Origin: an uncultured Gammaproteobacteria bacterium
Lineage (GTDB): Bacteria > Patescibacteriota > Microgenomatia > UBA8517
Length of the DNA: 64,000 nt
Direction: 5' to 3'
Assembly (NCBI GenBank): GCA_964645605.1
Contig: CAZYCE010000006.1
Location: 2,981-66,980, forward strand
Part shown: piece after piece, positions 37,428-47,403 of the stretch
How the letters are laid out: each line of letters opens with the position of its first letter
How positions within the stretch are numbered: the first letter of the stretch is position 1
Notes under the pieces: generated by a model
The model's input: the letters and a program-made list of their open reading frames with translations, nothing else
Told to the model about the DNA's origin: nothing
Databases searched by the model: none
Program-made: the position numbers and the translations under genes

Positions 37428-39072
37428 ATATTGGCCTTATTTGATTATCTTTGGCCTAAGTTTTCTTGTCACATGGCCTCTCTTGCGGTACGGTTATTTT
37501 TCCCATCAGGACGATTTGCAGGTGATCAGAATTTTTGAGATGCGGAGATGCTTTACCGATTTACAGATTCCCTGCCGATGGGTTCCCGATATGGGCTGGG
37601 GAAACGGGTATCCTTTATTCAATTTTTATGGGGTATTTATCTACTACCTTGGTGCGATATTTAGCTATGTTTTGGGCTTTATAGGCGCTTCTAAAGCTCT
37701 TTTTTACTTATCGCTTGTTGCAGGTAGTTTTGGGGTATATTTACTCGCCAAAAGTCTTTGGGGAAAACTCCCGGGGCTGGTCTCTGCGGTTCTTTATATG
37801 TTTGCTCCTTATAAGGCCCTGGATGTCTACGTCAGGGGTGCTTTAGCCGAAAGCTTTGCTCTGGCGGTAATTCCATTTGTTTTTTACTTCGGATACAAGT
37901 TGATAGCATCAACGGAAAAGAAGAAATACGGAACTCTTTTTGCACTTTCCGTATTCATATTTATGATAACCCACAACATTATGGTTATCATTTTTTTACC
38001 GATATTAATCTGCTGGCTGGTTTACTGGTTGGCTCTGGGCAAATGGAAAGATATTAAAACAGTCGCGGTGCCTTTGGCATTGGGTGTGGGACTTTCCGCA
38101 TTCTTTTTGCTTCCGGCCTTTTTAGAAAAAAATCTTGTTCAGACGGAGTCTTTGCTTCGCTTTGAATTGGATTTTCGGGCTAATTATTTAAAATTGGCCC
38201 AGCTTTTTGCTGATCGTGTGTGGGGATACGGCACATCCATTCCCGGTCCTGAAGGGGGAATGAATTTCCAGATAGGTTGGCCGCATTGGTGGCTGGCTGT
38301 AATCTCGTCGATCCTTCTTTTTGTCTCAAAGTCCAAAAAGAGTATGAAAGTTTTGGTGTCCTTAATTCTTGCAACCTTTGCTTTGTCGGTTTTTATGACA
38401 CACAATAAATCAACTTTTATCTGGGTAAATATAAGTCTTCTTAAATATTTCCAATTTCCCTGGCGGTTTTTATCTCTTTCAATTTTTACCTCATCACTTC
38501 TCGGAGGATTTGTTGTTTCATCAGTGAAAAACAAATGGCAAATTTGTGTAACTCTTCTGATTATTGCACTGACAGCGGCTCTTAACTGGAATTATTTCAG
38601 ACCAAAAGTAATCTACCCCATAAACGATTCGCAAAAACTTTCGGGAGATCTTTGGGATCAGGAGAGGCGGGGAGCGCTTCTCGACTATCTGCCTAAAACC
38701 GCACTAGAACCGCGTGAGGCAGCTCCTGATGCCCCGCTGGTAAGATCCGGGGAAGCGATAATAACGGATTTTACCAATCGCTCAAACAGATGGGAATTTA
38801 CGGCTAATGTGACAGAGAGGGCCGAGATCGAAGTTCCTGTTTTCTATTTTCCAAATTGGAAAGTTTATATAGGGGGGGCGCCATATTCTTTTACCTACGA
38901 TAATCTTTTGGGGAGAATTTCTGTAACCCTTGAGCCCGGCAGCTATAAAGTAGAAGGAAAATTTGAAAATACGCCTTTAAGAACTGTCTCAAATGTTATA
39001 TCACTTATAAGTTTGGCAGGACTTAATGTTTACATTTTTTATGCAAAAAACCAAAAAAAGCATTCTATCTAA
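37408..39072 (+). CDS. Polytopic membrane protein, paralog family C
   Basis: HQDDLQVIRIFEMRRCFTDLQIPCRWVPDMGWGNGYPLFNFYGVFIYYLGA; same architecture as the 35712 product; 20-bp overlap with the upstream gene. Confidence 0.55.
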   Translation: MKKIITKYWPYLIIFGLSFLVTWPLLRYGYFSHQDDLQVIRIFEMRRCFTDLQIPCRWVPDMGWGNGYPLFNFYGVFIYYLGAIFSYVLGFIGASKALFYLSLVAGSFGVYLLAKSLWGKLPGLVSAVLYMFAPYKALDVYVRGALAESFALAVIPFVFYFGYKLIASTEKKKYGTLFALSVFIFMITHNIMVIIFLPILICWLVYWLALGKWKDIKTVAVPLALGVGLSAFFLLPAFLEKNLVQTESLLRFELDFRANYLKLAQLFADRVWGYGTSIPGPEGGMNFQIGWPHWWLAVISSILLFVSKSKKSMKVLVSLILATFALSVFMTHNKSTFIWVNISLLKYFQFPWRFLSLSIFTSSLLGGFVVSSVKNKWQICVTLLIIALTAALNWNYFRPKVIYPINDSQKLSGDLWDQERRGALLDYLPKTALEPREAAPDAPLVRSGEAIITDFTNRSNRWEFTANVTERAEIEVPVFYFPNWKVYIGGAPYSFTYDNLLGRISVTLEPGSYKVEGKFENTPLRTVSNVISLISLAGLNVYIFYAKNQKKHSI

Positions 39073-40702
39073 ATATTTAATCCCTTTGGTTCTAGTTTTG
39101 TCGATTCCGGCAATAAGATATCTTTTCGTCTATGGTTTTTTTGGGGTTTCCGATGATCTGCATATCGCCTGGCTTTATGAAATGGATAGGGCTGTCAAAA
39201 TGCTTCAGTTTCCGCCCCGTTTTGTCCCGGATTTAAGTTTTGGATTCGGTTACCCGCTTTTTAATTTCGTTTACCCGCTCCCGTTTTATATAGGAGAACT
39301 AATACACCTTCTGGGGTTTTCTCTGGTTGATAGCGTCAAGATGGTTTTCGGCTTATCGATTCCTTTTTCCATGTACTTTATGTACAAATTCCTAAAGGAA
39401 TTTTTGCCTGAAGAGCTATCTTTGGCCGGCTCCGTGCTCTATGTTTATGCTCCTTACCGGGCCACGGAAATTTTTGTCCGGGGGACGATAGGGGAGATTG
39501 TTGCCTTTGCGGTGGTTCCGGTTGTCGCATTGGCTTTTGTGAACCTAACCAAAGAAAAAGTGTCCGCAAAATGGATCGGAATAGCAGGTCTGTCGGTCGC
39601 TGCATTGGTTCTGTCGCACAATATTATGGCCTATATGTTCATGCCTTTTGCCCTTCTTCTTTTGGTTTCCAGGTTAATATTTATAACAAAAAACAAAAAG
39701 CAGGCAGTTATCCGCAGTTTTTCCGGCATTTTTTTGGGACTTTTGGCATCCGGATATTTTTGGTTTCCTGCAATTTATGAAAGCAGACTAATGCATTATG
39801 ATACGGTTTTTAATTTCTACGACCACTTCCCCACATTGAAGCAATTTGTTACACCTTACTTTGGTTATGGAGCTTCGGTTCCGGGGCCATACGACACGAT
39901 GTCATTTTATTTTGGTCTGACGGGAATCGTGGTGGCAGCTATTGGTCTGATCCTTTTTGTCTTAAAACATAAAAAGTTTTCTCCGGAGGAGAAAGTCTAT
40001 TTTGGTTGGGGAATGGTGATACTTTTGGTGAGTATATTTATGATGAATTTCCGCTCTGCGTTTTTGTGGAGAAACCTGCCTCTTTTGCCGTATTTTCAGT
40101 TTCCTTGGAGATTTCTGGCAATGGTAGTCTTTGCTATTCCGATACTCCTTGTGGGCTTTTCCAAATATAAATTCGGGAAAATAGCCTCGTATATTGTTAT
40201 TATCGGGGCAATTGTGCTCAATTTTAATTATTTTAAAACCAGCGAATATCTGGGAAGGGACGACGCATATTACCTTAATAGATATATTCCCGTTCCAGTT
40301 GCGTCAGAAGAATATAAAAAAACATTGGAAGAATACTTGAGGCTGCCTGCGGGCACCGAGGTAAGGCCCTCGGATAATTTTCCCAGAGCCTATGCGGAAG
40401 TTCCGGCAATATCCCAAGTAGAAGAAATAAATGCATTGGATGCAAAAATCACCACCAATTACGGAGAAAGCTTTATACTCAATTACAGTAAGTACTATTT
40501 TCCGGGTTGGTTTGCTAAGATAGATGGGAAGAGTGCTGAGGTAACGGCCGGGAAACCTTATGGCCAGATCGCCTTGTCTGTTCCGGCGGGTACACATACG
40601 GTTGAAGTTTATTACAGTGAATCAACCTTGAGGTTGGTATTTGATTTGATTTCGCTGGTTGGCATCGGGACCGCCGTATTTCTTGTATTAAGGAAAAAAT
40701 GA
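39026..40702 (+). CDS. Polytopic membrane protein, paralog family C (most divergent copy)
   Basis: VSDDLHIAWLYEMDRAVKMLQFPPRFVPDLSFGFGYPLFNFVYPLPFYIGE; 47-bp overlap with the upstream gene. Confidence 0.55.
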   Translation: MFTFFMQKTKKSILSKYLIPLVLVLSIPAIRYLFVYGFFGVSDDLHIAWLYEMDRAVKMLQFPPRFVPDLSFGFGYPLFNFVYPLPFYIGELIHLLGFSLVDSVKMVFGLSIPFSMYFMYKFLKEFLPEELSLAGSVLYVYAPYRATEIFVRGTIGEIVAFAVVPVVALAFVNLTKEKVSAKWIGIAGLSVAALVLSHNIMAYMFMPFALLLLVSRLIFITKNKKQAVIRSFSGIFLGLLASGYFWFPAIYESRLMHYDTVFNFYDHFPTLKQFVTPYFGYGASVPGPYDTMSFYFGLTGIVVAAIGLILFVLKHKKFSPEEKVYFGWGMVILLVSIFMMNFRSAFLWRNLPLLPYFQFPWRFLAMVVFAIPILLVGFSKYKFGKIASYIVIIGAIVLNFNYFKTSEYLGRDDAYYLNRYIPVPVASEEYKKTLEEYLRLPAGTEVRPSDNFPRAYAEVPAISQVEEINALDAKITTNYGESFILNYSKYYFPGWFAKIDGKSAEVTAGKPYGQIALSVPAGTHTVEVYYSESTLRLVFDLISLVGIGTAVFLVLRKK

Positions 40703-41913
40703 AAAAATTACTGGTTTTAGCAATTGCTTTAAGGGTTTTGGTTGGCGCCTTTTTGTTTCACCCCGACATAAAAACATTTAACTTTCAGGCATCTTTTCTT
40801 AAAAAGGGTGTATTTAATATTTATTCCTACCTGGTGGAAAACAAACAAACCCTTCCCCTTAAAGAAGAGTTTGTTTACTTTCCGCTTACATATTTTACCC
40901 TTGGTGCTTATCAGGCAATAGCTTCTCCCGTATTGGGGAGTGGGTTTGACGCATGGCTTGGTAACGCCGACTCAAACGGCGTCGTGCAGGACCCAAATAT
41001 TTTTAAATATTTACTTGTTTTGAAATTGCCATACCTAATTCTTGATATCTCGATAGCATTTTTACTGTTGAAATACTTTGATGACAGAAAGATGGGTAAA
41101 AAAGCTTTTACTATCTGGCTTTTTAATCCATTCACAATTTTTATTATTTATGCGTTTGGGAATGTTGATATCTTCCCGGTTTTCATTACCTTGATTTCCT
41201 TGCTCCTTATTAAGAAAGAAAAATTACTTTGGGCTGCTGCGGCACTGGGAATTGCGGCAGGATTCAAACTGTATCCGCTTCTCTTTGTTCCGTTCCTGGT
41301 ACTGGCCGGTAAAAACCCTAAAGAAAAAGTGCTTCTTGGTGCGATACCTTTAGCCGTATTTGCGGCAATATCGGTTCCGTTCCTGTCGCAGGCGTTTCTC
41401 CGGTCCACTCTGATTTCAGGGCTTACCACGAGAATATTTAACCCGGGTTTTAGCGTTGGTTTTGGCGAATCAATAATTGTAGGACTGCTTCTTTTTTCTG
41501 CACTGTTTTTCGGTGCATGGCTTACGGACAAAAAACCGAACATGTTCAATTACTGGATAGTAATACTTTTGATAATATTTTCTTTCGCACATTTTCATAT
41601 TGCCTGGCTTCTATGGATTGCGCCGCTGGTCGTAATTTTAGTAGTTAAAAAACAGTCCTTTTCCTGGCCAGTCTTTTTATTATCTCTTGCCGCAGTAGTC
41701 ATACCTCTTCTTTACCAGGACAGATCTATGACAATTTCGTTATACAGGGCTTACAGCACATGGTTCGATCTTTTGCCGACTCCCTTTAACGCAATTCAAA
41801 GATTTTACGACCCCTACAATTTACAAAGTATTTTACATACGCTTTTCGCCGGCGGTGCCTTGACTATTTGTTATCTAATATTTAAAAAAGAAGAAAAAGT
41901 AAAAACATCATGA
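40699..41913 (+). CDS. Polytopic membrane protein, GT87/DUF2029-like mannosyltransferase candidate
   Basis: 404 aa, about 10 TM; LKLPYLILDISIAF...FNPFTIFIIYAFGNVDIFP...GFKLYPLLFVP pattern resembles PimE-type GT-C enzymes. Confidence 0.45.
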   Translation: MKKLLVLAIALRVLVGAFLFHPDIKTFNFQASFLKKGVFNIYSYLVENKQTLPLKEEFVYFPLTYFTLGAYQAIASPVLGSGFDAWLGNADSNGVVQDPNIFKYLLVLKLPYLILDISIAFLLLKYFDDRKMGKKAFTIWLFNPFTIFIIYAFGNVDIFPVFITLISLLLIKKEKLLWAAAALGIAAGFKLYPLLFVPFLVLAGKNPKEKVLLGAIPLAVFAAISVPFLSQAFLRSTLISGLTTRIFNPGFSVGFGESIIVGLLLFSALFFGAWLTDKKPNMFNYWIVILLIIFSFAHFHIAWLLWIAPLVVILVVKKQSFSWPVFLLSLAAVVIPLLYQDRSMTISLYRAYSTWFDLLPTPFNAIQRFYDPYNLQSILHTLFAGGALTICYLIFKKEEKVKTS

Positions 41914-42518
41914 AAAAAATGGTCTGGTTAACAACTGTTTCGGTGCTGCTACTGGTATTCGTGGCACCGGCGGTACTTGCCTCATCTCTTAAAATGATTC
42001 CGGTTAACAATCAACCGGGCTATAATCCAAATTTGAGACTCTCTATTTATAAAATTAGAGATTTCTCGCAAAAAATTGTAGCCAAAGAAGAAAACCTTAC
42101 CGCAATCGGAACCTCAATCAGAAATCCTAATCTGAAAAACAAAACAGACGTAATTTTTACTTTATATGACAACTCAGGCAGCGTGATAAGAACATCTGTC
42201 CTTAATGGTCAGAATCTGGAGGATGGATCTTTTGTCAAATTCGTTTTTCCGGTCATTCCCGACTCCTTGGGAAAAGAATACTTATTTACGATAACTTCTC
42301 CGGGAGCAGGACCTGAAGAAACGATTGAGGTGTTTATTATGAATGCCCCTGAGGCATCCTCAGGCATTATAGAATATACTTACGAAGGTGAAACCCACCC
42401 CGGAGGAATTCCACTGGTTGCCTACAGTCAACCAGGGAGCAAGTTGGAGACTATAAAAAATGTTTATTCTAATTGGCTTTCCAGACTTCTGCATCTCCGT
42501 TCTCAAAAATCAGAGTAA
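41910..42518 (+). CDS. Hypothetical secreted protein
   Basis: Signal peptide MKKMVWLTTVSVLLLVFVAPAVLASS; 202 aa; 3' end overlaps a convergent gene by 50 bp. Confidence 0.45.
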   Translation: MKKMVWLTTVSVLLLVFVAPAVLASSLKMIPVNNQPGYNPNLRLSIYKIRDFSQKIVAKEENLTAIGTSIRNPNLKNKTDVIFTLYDNSGSVIRTSVLNGQNLEDGSFVKFVFPVIPDSLGKEYLFTITSPGAGPEETIEVFIMNAPEASSGIIEYTYEGETHPGGIPLVAYSQPGSKLETIKNVYSNWLSRLLHLRSQKSE

Positions 42519-44316
42519 AACCCAGATTTATCGGATTGACTTTGGGACTCAAAACTTTTGGAAAATAAAGGATATCCGCCTTGGTTTCGGAGAAAGCGCT
42601 TTTAACCTCGGTAGCATTTTCGCTTGAGAAGATAACCTTCTTGGTTTCCAGTCTGGATTTCCAATCGTAGCCCATGATATCAACCTGCTCATAGTCGTCA
42701 AAATATGTTCTTCTTGCCGACAAGGCCGATACATAAGAGGTATCAAACCAATCCCAAATGTTTGGAGTCGATCCGCCTAAATTGAGGTATTGATCATAAG
42801 GGGGAGTCAACAGGATTGCATTTTCCTGAGTATTCTCCTTTACGTAGTTAAGTGCTTCAATTTCACCATGGGAAATTTTGGCAAAAGCAGGCCTGGAATA
42901 AAATTCGTGCAGGAGTCCAACCTGCGTTGGAATCATTAATATTATCAATATTGGTCCGATAAAATATTTTGCTTTTTTGGGAAATTCTGCAAATTGAACC
43001 CCTGCAAGTATTCCAAAAAATAGAACAAAATATTGCAGGAACTGGCTGGTGTTGCTGGCAACACCTTTTTGGATGAAGAGCATGGGGAGTATTAACGAGA
43101 AAGAAATAATCAATTTGATAATTGGGTGTGTTTTAATAAATTCTTTTAGGCCAATAAATCTCATACCGAGATTTCCAAAAAAGAAAATAATGAAAGCAAT
43201 ACCTTCGTATTCCAATATCCTTAAAATAGATTTGATGCCTCCTCGGGCAACATAAAATTGTCTACGAAGCTCCAAATCCAGCCAGTTTAACCTTGAAGGT
43301 TCCACAACCATTGTTCTTATATACCACCAAGGTTGAAAAATGAGGAAAGCTGTTGAGCCCGAAGTATTGGGAAAATAAAGTACAATTGATAAAATTCCGC
43401 CTACAAAAGTTAAGATTAATGTTTCGAGCTTTTTTTCTTTAATAAACTGCCAAAGGCCGGTAAAGCCGAGTGCGGTAAGAGCTACAACTCCTGCGTAGAC
43501 CTTAAAGCTTACTAAAGTCCCAAATAGTATTGTGCAAATTATAAATAATATGTTTTTTCCTTTTCCTTTTCCTTTTTCCTCTTTAAATAAAATATAAAAA
43601 TATACTGCGGCAAGAATCATAAAATCGGAAATAATTTGAGGCGGGTTGCCGCCGGCACTCTGCGGTTGGGTTGCCCAAAAGATGCTTTCGCCCCCGATAG
43701 TTTTACCCTTGATGTAAGTAACAATGTATCCGAAACTACCCGCGAAATATGTGAAGATTGTTGCCCAGATAGGTGCAGTTTTGTTCTTGGACAATTTTTT
43801 GGTCAAAAAATATGCAGAAGCGCCTAAAAAGATTGAGTAAATGAAAGGAAATATTCTGAAATATAGATCGGCATTATCGATGGGGAGGTATTTACTGGCC
43901 ATTGCCGGCAAAATATCACTGAAGAAATGATAGTTCACGAGTTTTTCGCCGGCGAAAATGGGGTTTTGAAACGGCCAGCCTCTTTTAATTTCCTCCATGA
44001 GTGCAATATGCCATGTCCCATCGTGTCCGTGTGCGCTCCAGAAAAGTAAATCTCCGTTTTGGACAGTTCCGCTCGGAGAGATTACTGCCAGTTGTCCGGC
44101 AATTCCCAAGGAAAAGACGGCAAGAACCAGAAATGTTTGAAGATTAAACTTAACTTTAATTTGCTTGACGGTCTTTACTGCGGGTTTGGCACCGAAAATG
44201 ATTGCAAGAAGTACTATCGGAATAATCAAAAATGGGACATTGAGCACAATTAGAATGTAGGAAATAAGAGTAAGGCCTGCAAAACCCACAATTCCTCCCA
44301 TGAGTATTTTTTCCAT
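42469..44316 (-). CDS. Large polytopic membrane protein, paralog family D
   Basis: LLFWSAHGHDGTWHIALMEEIKRGWPFQNPIFAGEKLVNYHFFSDIL, matching the 33986 product; 615 aa. Confidence 0.5.
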   Translation of the reverse strand: MEKILMGGIVGFAGLTLISYILIVLNVPFLIIPIVLLAIIFGAKPAVKTVKQIKVKFNLQTFLVLAVFSLGIAGQLAVISPSGTVQNGDLLFWSAHGHDGTWHIALMEEIKRGWPFQNPIFAGEKLVNYHFFSDILPAMASKYLPIDNADLYFRIFPFIYSIFLGASAYFLTKKLSKNKTAPIWATIFTYFAGSFGYIVTYIKGKTIGGESIFWATQPQSAGGNPPQIISDFMILAAVYFYILFKEEKGKGKGKNILFIICTILFGTLVSFKVYAGVVALTALGFTGLWQFIKEKKLETLILTFVGGILSIVLYFPNTSGSTAFLIFQPWWYIRTMVVEPSRLNWLDLELRRQFYVARGGIKSILRILEYEGIAFIIFFFGNLGMRFIGLKEFIKTHPIIKLIISFSLILPMLFIQKGVASNTSQFLQYFVLFFGILAGVQFAEFPKKAKYFIGPILIILMIPTQVGLLHEFYSRPAFAKISHGEIEALNYVKENTQENAILLTPPYDQYLNLGGSTPNIWDWFDTSYVSALSARRTYFDDYEQVDIMGYDWKSRLETKKVIFSSENATEVKSAFSETKADILYFPKVLSPKVNPINLGFTLIFENGDAEVWKAN

Positions 44317-44340
44317 AGATAAAGTATATATAATAATATT

Positions 44341-45756
44341 ATGAGAAGGAAACTTTGGTTGGTTTTGGCCGGAATTGTTCTTCTCGGTCTGGCAATTAGA
44401 ATTTATAAAATTCAGGCTCTACCTATGTATGGTGACGAGCTTACAATGGTTTACGATATTTATTCGATAGAAAAAACCAGTATGGATTCTACCGGGCAAA
44501 AGCTTCCCCTGACTTTTAGGATGGGTGCCGGCCGCCCTGCCGGATATATTTATTTTTCTGTTCCTTTCGTGGCAATTTTCGGTCCGACCGTTTGGGGTGT
44601 CCGGTCTCTTTCCCTCCTTTCCGGGTTAGGAATCATTGTTTTAATGTACTTTTTGGGTAAGAAACTTTTTGGTGATAAAGTCGGCATAATTGCAAGTTTT
44701 TTGGCTGCGGTTTCTCCATGGGATATTTATCTAAGCCGCGGCGGTTTTGAAGCCCATTTTGCCCTATTTTTGGCGCTTCTCGGGGTTACAATGTTCCTGT
44801 ATAAAAAATATGTTTGGTGGGCAATTGCCTGGGGAATAGCAATTTTAACCTATCCGACGTTCAAGTTAACTCTGCCGGTTCTTTTCCTGGCGCTTGTCTG
44901 GTTTAGCGGCTTTAAGAAATTGGCAAAAGACAAAGTTTTTATTATCGGCCTTGTCGTACTTTTACTTTTCGGCGGAGTTACCCTAAGGGAAACTTTCAGG
45001 GCGGGCAGTGAACAAAGATTTTTAAGCATCAATATTTTTTCAGATAATAATCTGACTCAAAACATCATACAAAAGGTGAACTACGAAAGAACTATTTCAA
45101 CATTGCCCGAGATCATTAAGCCAATTTTTATAAACCGTGAGATCGAATATTCGAGGGTGCTTTTGGATAATTATGTTAAAAACATTTCTCCCGACTTTTT
45201 GATTTTAAGAGGGGACGGAAATCCGAGACATAATCCCGGAGAAATGGGAATGCTTTTCCTGGTAGACTTGCCCCTGATACTTATAGGGTTAATGTATCTC
45301 CTGAAGGAAAGAACGAAGGAGTCGGTTCTACTTTTGGCTTGGGTTTTAATTACACCACTTGCCACAATGTTTTTACCCGAGGCGCACGCTCTTAGAAACA
45401 ATCTGATGCTCCCACCACTTCTTTTAATCATCTCGTATGCCCTCACCAGGATTCCAAGAAAGGCTTGCTACGTCGCCGGAGGACTGATTGCACTTCAACT
45501 AATCTATATTCTGGTACGCATCTATACAATTGCTCCTGCAAAATTTGCCTCTTTCTGGTCAGCTGAAGCGAAAACAGAAGCTCTTTTGGCGATGGATAGG
45601 GTAAACAGCGGGCAAAAGGTGGTCTTGAATGTTAATAAAATCGACAACATTGAGTATGCCTATGAGGTTTATGCAAGACTTGATCCCCGTTTGGTAATTT
45701 CTCAATATGGTAAATTACCAAAAATTTTCGGTAATGTCACTATTACCGACAGATAA
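44341..45756 (+). CDS. GT-C-fold membrane glycosyltransferase (ArnT/PMT-like)
   Basis: LPMYGDELTMVYDIYSIEKTSMDSTGQKLPLTF first-loop motif; about 11 TM. Confidence 0.6.
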   Translation: MRRKLWLVLAGIVLLGLAIRIYKIQALPMYGDELTMVYDIYSIEKTSMDSTGQKLPLTFRMGAGRPAGYIYFSVPFVAIFGPTVWGVRSLSLLSGLGIIVLMYFLGKKLFGDKVGIIASFLAAVSPWDIYLSRGGFEAHFALFLALLGVTMFLYKKYVWWAIAWGIAILTYPTFKLTLPVLFLALVWFSGFKKLAKDKVFIIGLVVLLLFGGVTLRETFRAGSEQRFLSINIFSDNNLTQNIIQKVNYERTISTLPEIIKPIFINREIEYSRVLLDNYVKNISPDFLILRGDGNPRHNPGEMGMLFLVDLPLILIGLMYLLKERTKESVLLLAWVLITPLATMFLPEAHALRNNLMLPPLLLIISYALTRIPRKACYVAGGLIALQLIYILVRIYTIAPAKFASFWSAEAKTEALLAMDRVNSGQKVVLNVNKIDNIEYAYEVYARLDPRLVISQYGKLPKIFGNVTITDR

Positions 45757-45768
45757 TAATCTCTGAAA

Positions 45769-47403
45769 TTATTTTGGTGAGACGATGTAAAAGGCGGGTG
45801 AGCCATTTGATATGTATATTTTTTGAAGAATTTCTCCGTCTTTGAGTCCGTCTACCGGGAAACTCCAAGGACTTCCGATGAAAAGTACACCCTTTTTGCC
45901 TTTATCCAAAGTCCAATTAATATGGCGGAACGTATATTTGCCGAATTTATAGTAGGGTTCATCTCTATCTGAACCCAGATATTTCTGTTCCGTCTGATAG
46001 ATTGCGGGATCGTACTTTAAATAGAAAAGTACATAAAGAAATGGGTTACTGACCATATTTGGGGCATCAACTCCACGTCTCTGGTCGAAAACAATTTCAC
46101 TGTATTCATTTTGATGGTCCTTTACATAAAAAACGGCTTCTCTCCAACCTTCATCAAATGATTCACCTTTGTCTCTTGGAAAGTCCGAGGAGATGATAAG
46201 AAAAGCATGGATGAAGACTATTAATACCACTGCGCCGGAAACGCAAGCAATTAGATATTTCAGATAAGCTTTGTCGATCTTCTTGAAAAATTTATAAATT
46301 TCAATTGCGCCAAGTGTGGTAAAAAATATTAAGATAGGGAAAAGATGTAGGAGACGTCCTGTATGCTTTTGGTTGTTTGTTAGGGAATCGGGCAAAATTC
46401 CGATCAAGGCCCATACTGTGAAAATTCCCTTGTGCGGAATTTTATTTTTAATAAAGCTTACAATTCCGGCGATAAAGAATGGGATTTCAAAAACATAAAA
46501 TATTCCAAGTCCGATAGGGCCGGGCATTGTTGCTTCCAAGCCATTGAAGAACAAAAATCCGGGATCCAAATAACTTAAATACCGTTTGATCCAGAAGAAA
46601 AACAACATAGGTATATCGGAGACTGAATTAAAGTACTTCAATATTACATAGCGGCTGAATTCGATGTCGTTACCGATGAATACCATTTGCATTCTTGTTC
46701 CCGCTCCCTGGAATAAGGTTGTATAAACAAGCGGAAGCCCTAAAACCAGACAAACCGCCCCAAAAGCAATAATAACTCTCCAATTCTTTTTAAGTTTGGA
46801 AAAACTGACGATGAATGCACCTATTAAAAACGGAGGAATAAAAAGTCTTGGTGCGAAAGACGTGTACATTGTTAATACAAAGAAAAACGCCGAAAGAACT
46901 GCCCAAATAATTTTTCCGTCTAACATTTTTATGAAAAACCAGACCCCAAGTAGAATAAAAAGACTTGCAATTATTGCTTCGTAGGCAAATCTTGAGTAGA
47001 AAATATGCCAGGCGGAAATTGCCAGAAAGAAACTGCCGACCAGGGCAATATCTTTTCTTTTGAATACAGATAATAGGAACAGAAAAAAGATGGGGATGGA
47101 GAGCGTCCCTATTAACGCATTTGGAAACCTGACTGCAAAATCGGTAAGTCCGAATAATTTTATTGAAGGAACCATGAGATAGACGGGGAGAGGGTTTTTA
47201 TAATCACCTATTGATTCAAAAGTTAGCGGCATAAACTTACCGTGTTCGTCTTTGCCGGTTTCCAGGATTGAATAAGCAGAGTAGCCAAAAGAAATTTCAT
47301 CACCGGTTAAGCTTGGAGGATTTACGGTTATTTTATAAAACCTCAAAAATCCCCCAATCAGGGTAATTAGTATGACCAGTATCAACAAAGTTCTTTTTTT
47401 CAT
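45769..47403 (-). CDS. GT-C-fold membrane glycosyltransferase, paralog family A (PMT_2/ArnT-like)
   Basis: PSLTGDEISFGYSAYSILETGKDEHGKFMPLTF; C-terminal DG..AF motif (SNGSPAFYIVSPK). Confidence 0.65.
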   Translation of the reverse strand: MKKRTLLILVILITLIGGFLRFYKITVNPPSLTGDEISFGYSAYSILETGKDEHGKFMPLTFESIGDYKNPLPVYLMVPSIKLFGLTDFAVRFPNALIGTLSIPIFFLFLLSVFKRKDIALVGSFFLAISAWHIFYSRFAYEAIIASLFILLGVWFFIKMLDGKIIWAVLSAFFFVLTMYTSFAPRLFIPPFLIGAFIVSFSKLKKNWRVIIAFGAVCLVLGLPLVYTTLFQGAGTRMQMVFIGNDIEFSRYVILKYFNSVSDIPMLFFFWIKRYLSYLDPGFLFFNGLEATMPGPIGLGIFYVFEIPFFIAGIVSFIKNKIPHKGIFTVWALIGILPDSLTNNQKHTGRLLHLFPILIFFTTLGAIEIYKFFKKIDKAYLKYLIACVSGAVVLIVFIHAFLIISSDFPRDKGESFDEGWREAVFYVKDHQNEYSEIVFDQRRGVDAPNMVSNPFLYVLFYLKYDPAIYQTEQKYLGSDRDEPYYKFGKYTFRHINWTLDKGKKGVLFIGSPWSFPVDGLKDGEILQKIYISNGSPAFYIVSPK

